Below are positions 59,681 to 64,000 of a stretch of DNA of 64,000 nucleotides, one piece after another. A program made the translations under genes and the position numbers. Every line of letters begins with the position of its first letter. The stretch's first letter is position 1. Below the pieces are notes generated by a model. The model ran no database searches. It was not told the DNA's origin and saw only the letters and a list, made by a program, of their open reading frames with translations. Origin of the DNA: an uncultured Candidatus Binatia bacterium (GTDB taxonomy: Bacteria; Desulfobacterota; Binatia; Bin18); contig OZ241744.1 of the NCBI GenBank assembly GCA_965200965.1, forward strand, positions 1,152,001-1,216,000, read 5' to 3'.

Positions 59681-60679
59681 ATGGCAGACCAGTATCGTAT
59701 CTTTGGGGCCGAACTCTCGCCCTACTCGGTCAAGGTTCGTTCGTACTGCCGCTATAAAAACATCTCCCACCAATGGATTATCCGCAGCGCGGCGGTACAG
59801 GACGAGTACAACACCTACGCCAAGCTCCCGCTCATTCCGCTGCTTGTCACCCCTCAGGGCACGGGCATTCAGGACTCAACTCTGATTATCGAACAGCTCG
59901 AAGCCCTCTACCCCCAGCCTGCCATCCACCCCGCCGACCCCGTTACCGGCTTTCTCTCGGCCCTGATTGAAGAGTTTGGCGACGAATGGGGCAATAAATG
60001 GATGTTTCACTACCGCTGGGCGCGTGAGGTCGATCAGCTCAGTTCGGCCGGCCGGATCGCCCGCATGATGCTGCCCACGGCAGACAACACCCAGCACGCC
60101 CAGATGGTTGCCCAGGTCCGAGACCGCATGGTCAAACGGGTCTGGTTTGTAGGCTCTAACGCGCAGACAGCACCCCAGATTGAGGAGTCCTTTTGCGAGG
60201 CGATTGAGCAACTCGAAGCCCATCTCAGCCGGCGTTCCTACCTGTTCGGGGGCCGGCCGTCGTTCGGCGACTTCGGCCTGTGGGGGCAGCTCTATAACGC
60301 CTGGACCGACCCGACCCCGGGCGCGTTCGTGGAAGGTCGCGCCCCGCACGTCCTGGCCTGGGTGCAGCGCATGCTGTGGCCGCGGGCCGAGGGCGACTTT
60401 GAGCCCTGGTCGAGCCTGGAGCCGACGCTGCTGCCGTTTCTGGAGCGGCAAGTCGGCACCCGCTTTCTGCCCTGGACCCTGGCCAATGCCCAGACGCTCG
60501 CTACCGGCCAGGAGGAGTTCAGCGTCGAACTGAACGGTCGCACCTGGACCCAGAAGCCCCAGAAATATCACGCCAAATCCTTCCAGGCGCTGCGTGACGA
60601 GTATGCCGCGGTGGCCGACACAAGCAGTCTGAACCCGATCCTGGAGCGGGCCGGTTGTCTGACCGGCCTGCAAGGCTGA
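59681..60679 (+). CDS. Glutathione S-transferase family protein
   Basis: SPYSVKVRSY.RYK, IPLL, QDST.II, YLFGGRPS.GDF. Confidence 0.88.
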   Translation: MADQYRIFGAELSPYSVKVRSYCRYKNISHQWIIRSAAVQDEYNTYAKLPLIPLLVTPQGTGIQDSTLIIEQLEALYPQPAIHPADPVTGFLSALIEEFGDEWGNKWMFHYRWAREVDQLSSAGRIARMMLPTADNTQHAQMVAQVRDRMVKRVWFVGSNAQTAPQIEESFCEAIEQLEAHLSRRSYLFGGRPSFGDFGLWGQLYNAWTDPTPGAFVEGRAPHVLAWVQRMLWPRAEGDFEPWSSLEPTLLPFLERQVGTRFLPWTLANAQTLATGQEEFSVELNGRTWTQKPQKYHAKSFQALRDEYAAVADTSSLNPILERAGCLTGLQG

Positions 60680-60694
60680 GAGGAGAAGCCGGCC

Positions 60695-61387
60695 ATGATA
60701 GACCTCTACACTGCCCCCACCCCCAACGGTCATAAAGCCTCGGTCACGCTGGAAGAACTCGGCTTGGCCTACACTGTCCACCCTGTCAATCTGGGCGACA
60801 AGGAACAGAAGCAGGAGTGGTTCCTGCAACTGAACCCCAACGGTCGGATTCCGGTCATCGTCGATCACGCCACGGCCGGCGGGGCCGACATCACCGTCTT
60901 TGAGACCGGAGCGATCCTGATCTACCTGGCCGAAAAAACCGGCCGCTTACTGCCCACCCAGGCCAAGGCCCGGGCCGAGGTGATCGAGTGGCTCATGTTC
61001 CAGATGGGCGGCCTCGGTCCGATGATGGGCCAGGCCAATGTCTTCTTCCGCTATTTCCCGGACAAGATTCAGCCCGCCATTGACCGCTATCAACACGAGT
61101 GTCGGCGCTTATTCGAGGTCCTTGAGCGCCGCCTGGGTGAGAGCCAATGGCTGGGCCACGACTACTCAATTGCCGATATTGCCAACTGGTGCTGGGTGCG
61201 GACCTACAAATGGTCGGGCGTGTCCATCGACGGCCTGCCCAACCTCAGGCGCTGGCTGGACGCCATGAAAGCCCGGCCCGCCTGCCGCCGGGGCGTCGAG
61301 GTCCCGGTCAAAATCAAGAGCCTGCTCACAGACGACAAGGCCGCCGAGGCATTTACCGAGAATGCGCGCAAACAACTCCAAACCTGA
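60695..61387 (+). CDS. Glutathione S-transferase, YfcG/YghU (Nu)-like
   Basis: [47 protein letters not shown]. Confidence 0.92.
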   Translation: MIDLYTAPTPNGHKASVTLEELGLAYTVHPVNLGDKEQKQEWFLQLNPNGRIPVIVDHATAGGADITVFETGAILIYLAEKTGRLLPTQAKARAEVIEWLMFQMGGLGPMMGQANVFFRYFPDKIQPAIDRYQHECRRLFEVLERRLGESQWLGHDYSIADIANWCWVRTYKWSGVSIDGLPNLRRWLDAMKARPACRRGVEVPVKIKSLLTDDKAAEAFTENARKQLQT

Positions 61388-61401
61388 GCGGAGGACAACC
61401 C

Positions 61402-62367
61402 ATGCCGGACAAACCCATCGAACATAGCGAAATCCTCAAGGACGCGCCCAGAAACTGGGGTCGCTGGGGGGCGGACGACGAGGTCGGCTGTCTCAATTTT
61501 CTGACCGACCGGGAGGTCTTACGCGGTATCCGGGCGGTTAAACAGGGCAAAACCTTCATGCTCGGCGTCCCGGTCGCCCGACCCCAGGGCGACCCCCTGC
61601 ACCCGATTCGCGCCCAGCCAATCCGCACCCAGACCAACGACGAAGGCTCGTATATCAGCGGCCGGGCACAGCCCTTCCCCGGCGGGCTCAAGTATTCGGA
61701 CGACGTGATTGTGATGTTTCCCCAGGGCACGACCCAATACGACGCCCTCGGCCACGCCTGGTATGGAGACAAAATCTATAACGGCTACGACCCCAAAACC
61801 ACGATCGGCGCGCTCCAAAAGTGCTCAATCGAGCCGATTGCCAACCGGGGCGTGATCGGTCATGGCATCCTGATTGACGCCGCCCGCTACAAGGGCAAAA
61901 AGCACCTGGAGCGGGGCGAAGGGGTGAGCCTCGACGACCTGCTGGGAGCGGCCGACACACAGGGCGTGCGGATTGAAAAGCACGACATCATCGTCCTGCA
62001 CACCGGCTGGCTCAATCGCTTCTACGAGGAGGGCCAGGACGCCTTTTTCCCCGACGGCGAGTTTGACGAGCCCGGTCTTGCATACAGCAAGGAACTGGTT
62101 GAGTGGTTTCACGACATGGAGATCGCCTCCATCAGCGCCGACACGGTCGGCTGCGAGCAGGCCACTAACCCCGAGACCGGCGGGCTGGGCCTGCTGCACG
62201 CCGCCCTGCTGTGCAATCTGGGCGTGATCTTCAACGAAATCGTCTGGCTCAAAGACCTGGCCGACCACTGTGAGCAGGACAAGCAGTACACTTTTCTCTT
62301 TGCCGGCGCACCGCTCAAGCTGGTCGGCGGCTGCGGCTCACCGGTCAATCCGATTGCGATCAAGTAG
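61402..62367 (+). CDS. Cyclase (kynurenine formamidase-like) family protein
   Basis: NWGRWG.DDE.G.LN, TQYDALGH, D.IVLHTGW, PL...GG.GSPVNPIAIK. Confidence 0.9.
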   Translation: MPDKPIEHSEILKDAPRNWGRWGADDEVGCLNFLTDREVLRGIRAVKQGKTFMLGVPVARPQGDPLHPIRAQPIRTQTNDEGSYISGRAQPFPGGLKYSDDVIVMFPQGTTQYDALGHAWYGDKIYNGYDPKTTIGALQKCSIEPIANRGVIGHGILIDAARYKGKKHLERGEGVSLDDLLGAADTQGVRIEKHDIIVLHTGWLNRFYEEGQDAFFPDGEFDEPGLAYSKELVEWFHDMEIASISADTVGCEQATNPETGGLGLLHAALLCNLGVIFNEIVWLKDLADHCEQDKQYTFLFAGAPLKLVGGCGSPVNPIAIK

Positions 62368-62416
62368 CGCCGTCGCCCGACATTCTCCCCGAAGGGAGCG
62401 CCAAGCCCTTCCTGCT

Positions 62417-62453
62417 CCCTCTCCCCTGGCGGGAGAGGACGGGGGTGAGGGGG
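62417..62453. repeat. REP-like extragenic palindrome
   Basis: CCTCTCCC-CTGGC-GGGAGAGG hairpin followed by GGGGGTGAGGGG, downstream of the cyclase gene. Confidence 0.65.
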
Positions 62454-62553
62454 ATTCGCCGAAACGCGGGTATGGGTTTGAGCAGCAATAGAGAACAACA
62501 TTCAAGGAAAAACACAGGCATCAATCCATCCGCTAGAGGAGAGCGAGACCAGC

Positions 62554-62790
62554 ATGGAACACTTCATCTTTCCAGAACGGGAACTTCCTCACGATATTCG
62601 GCGGGAGATTGAAAAAACCGTCGCAATTTTATTGCGCCCCGGAGCCTCGAAAATCATCCTGTATGGAGCGTTGGCGCACGGCGATTATCAGACGGTTTCT
62701 GATATTGATATCTGTGTCGAGGGAATCCCTCCAGCGTAATACTTCCGCGTCCTGGCAAAATGTTTGATGAAAGCCTCGCGCGGCTCGGGG
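62554..62790 (+). pseudogene. MNT-type nucleotidyltransferase (antitoxin-like) pseudogene
   Basis: GA.KIILYGALA.GD....SDIDICVEG, in-frame TAA at 62737, plausible continuation (YFRVLAKCL), then truncation. Confidence 0.7.
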
Positions 62791-62904
62791 GCCGTCCTGG
62801 TCGCTCTTGAAGGGCGGGTCGAGGTAGATGAGATCGACGGTCTCGTCAGCGATGTAGCGATGGAGGACTTCGAGGTTATCGCCGTAGTAGAGCTGGTTGG
62901 TCAT
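62790..62904 (-). pseudogene. N-terminal fragment of an adenine DNA methyltransferase
   Basis: MTNQLYYGDNLEVL...DETVDLIYLDPPFKS, then similarity stops. Confidence 0.75.
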
Positions 62905-63039
62905 GCTGCCCCGAACGGCGGTTCAGATGCCCGAAAATTGACCTAGCGTTGCCGCCCAGAATCTTGTCTCCCGAATAGATCGAGCGGTTCCATGAAGTGG
63001 CTGTCGCCGTCAATCACGCGCAGGGCGCTCCTCCCTGGA

Positions 63040-63510
63040 CTAGGCCTCGGCCCCTCTGCTGGCGTCTTCCCGCATGGCCTGCTGGAGCTTGCGAAGACCT
63101 GCCTGGCTGGTCACATCGCACTCGACCAGCCCCCCAGGTAGGTCAAACAGCACCACATGCGAGGCTTTGTGGTTGCTGAAAATCTCAAACGTGGTGCAGC
63201 CTTCAGACCCGGCGATATGCGGCCCGTAGACGGTGTTGGGTTCGCTGAGCATGATGTCGCCGACCTTGAGAATCCGCTCGCCCACATCCAGGGTGCCGCG
63301 GACCACAATCTCAAAGCGGTAGCAGTCGTGGCCATGGCGAGGCAGCACACAGCCCGGCCCCATCCGCAGGGCCACCACGGTGGCTGGGTTGTCTTTCAGT
63401 TCACCCAGCGGGAAATAGGCCAAGCCGCTTACGCCGCCCTGTATGGCGTGGCGCATGTTCTCCGGGCACAGGTCCCACAGTTCGGCGTCGTCCAAGGACA
63501 TAAAAGGCAT
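63040..63510 (-). CDS. Cupin domain protein (ChrR-like)
   Basis: PG.VLPRHGH....FE.VV.G, GD......VYGPH.AG.EG...FEIF. Confidence 0.75.
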   Translation of the reverse strand: MPFMSLDDAELWDLCPENMRHAIQGGVSGLAYFPLGELKDNPATVVALRMGPGCVLPRHGHDCYRFEIVVRGTLDVGERILKVGDIMLSEPNTVYGPHIAGSEGCTTFEIFSNHKASHVVLFDLPGGLVECDVTSQAGLRKLQQAMREDASRGAEA

Positions 63511-64000
63511 AGCGCTATCCTCCTTTTCTCACACCCGCAGGGCGGGCCTGTCTCTTTATATTAGGGAAAGGGTTTTGTGTCAAAGGGCCAGCGTGCTAGG
63601 AGGGGGGCAGACAAGATGGCCAAGCGTCCCTACGATCCGTACTACCGGAACTTTCCGTCAACCGCCCCGCCGGCCCGAACGCCGTTCACCCATTCGGGCC
63701 GGGGCGATGCTGGCCATGTTTTTTCCTACCTGACCCACCGCAAACCCAACTGGAGCCTGCTGCTGGACAAGTCGCGGCTGGAGGATCTGCGCCGAAGCCC
63801 GGGAGCGCATCCACAAGGATTTCACCCAGTTCCTGTTGCTCGAAAAGGTGTACAGCCCCGGCTTACACCACCCGCCCGGCGGAGCGCACAACCAGCCCCG
63901 GACGGCTCGCGCACCCTGGTTGTGCTACGCGAGCCCGACCCCATCTTTACCAGGCAGGGCAACTTGGTATCCCATCATCTGCACGAGGGCGAAGCCATTG

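Noticed and set aside
63616-64000. Possible gene starting MAKRPYDPYY at the right edge
   Set aside because: No recognisable motif, it looks frameshifted, and it is truncated by the window, so it cannot be supported.

Overview
GC-rich bacterial window from a diderm organism (it encodes a FadL-type outer-membrane barrel) with many F420-dependent enzymes. This profile resembles Binatia/deltaproteobacteria-like host-associated MAGs, which is inference only. The left 16 kb is one minus-strand operon: sxtJ-like, sxtK-like (DUF5989), a NodU/CmcH carbamoyltransferase, a deleted GtrB-like GT2 remnant, then at least 5 tandem, ATGA-coupled paralogs of a GT-C (PMT/ArnT-like) membrane glycosyltransferase. 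The paralogs are almost identical except at short hypervariable blocks. These blocks are shared in a mosaic pattern and include the putative catalytic DE motif, and the number of C-terminal Cys-paired modules also varies. This array is the most striking candidate for an undescribed system. The rest (16-64 kb) is mostly lipid/aromatic/xenobiotic catabolic genes: amidohydrolases, LLMs, P450, two BVMOs, crotonases, GSTs, EthD, AHL lactonase and FadL. Interspersed are a BanI-like restriction-modification pair with an unusual amino-MTase, a BrnT toxin with a chimeric antitoxin, an O-antigen-ligase-like gene and several internally deleted pseudogenes. No rRNA, tRNA, CRISPR array or intact transposase was recognised. 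All family calls come from motif recognition by eye, not database searches.
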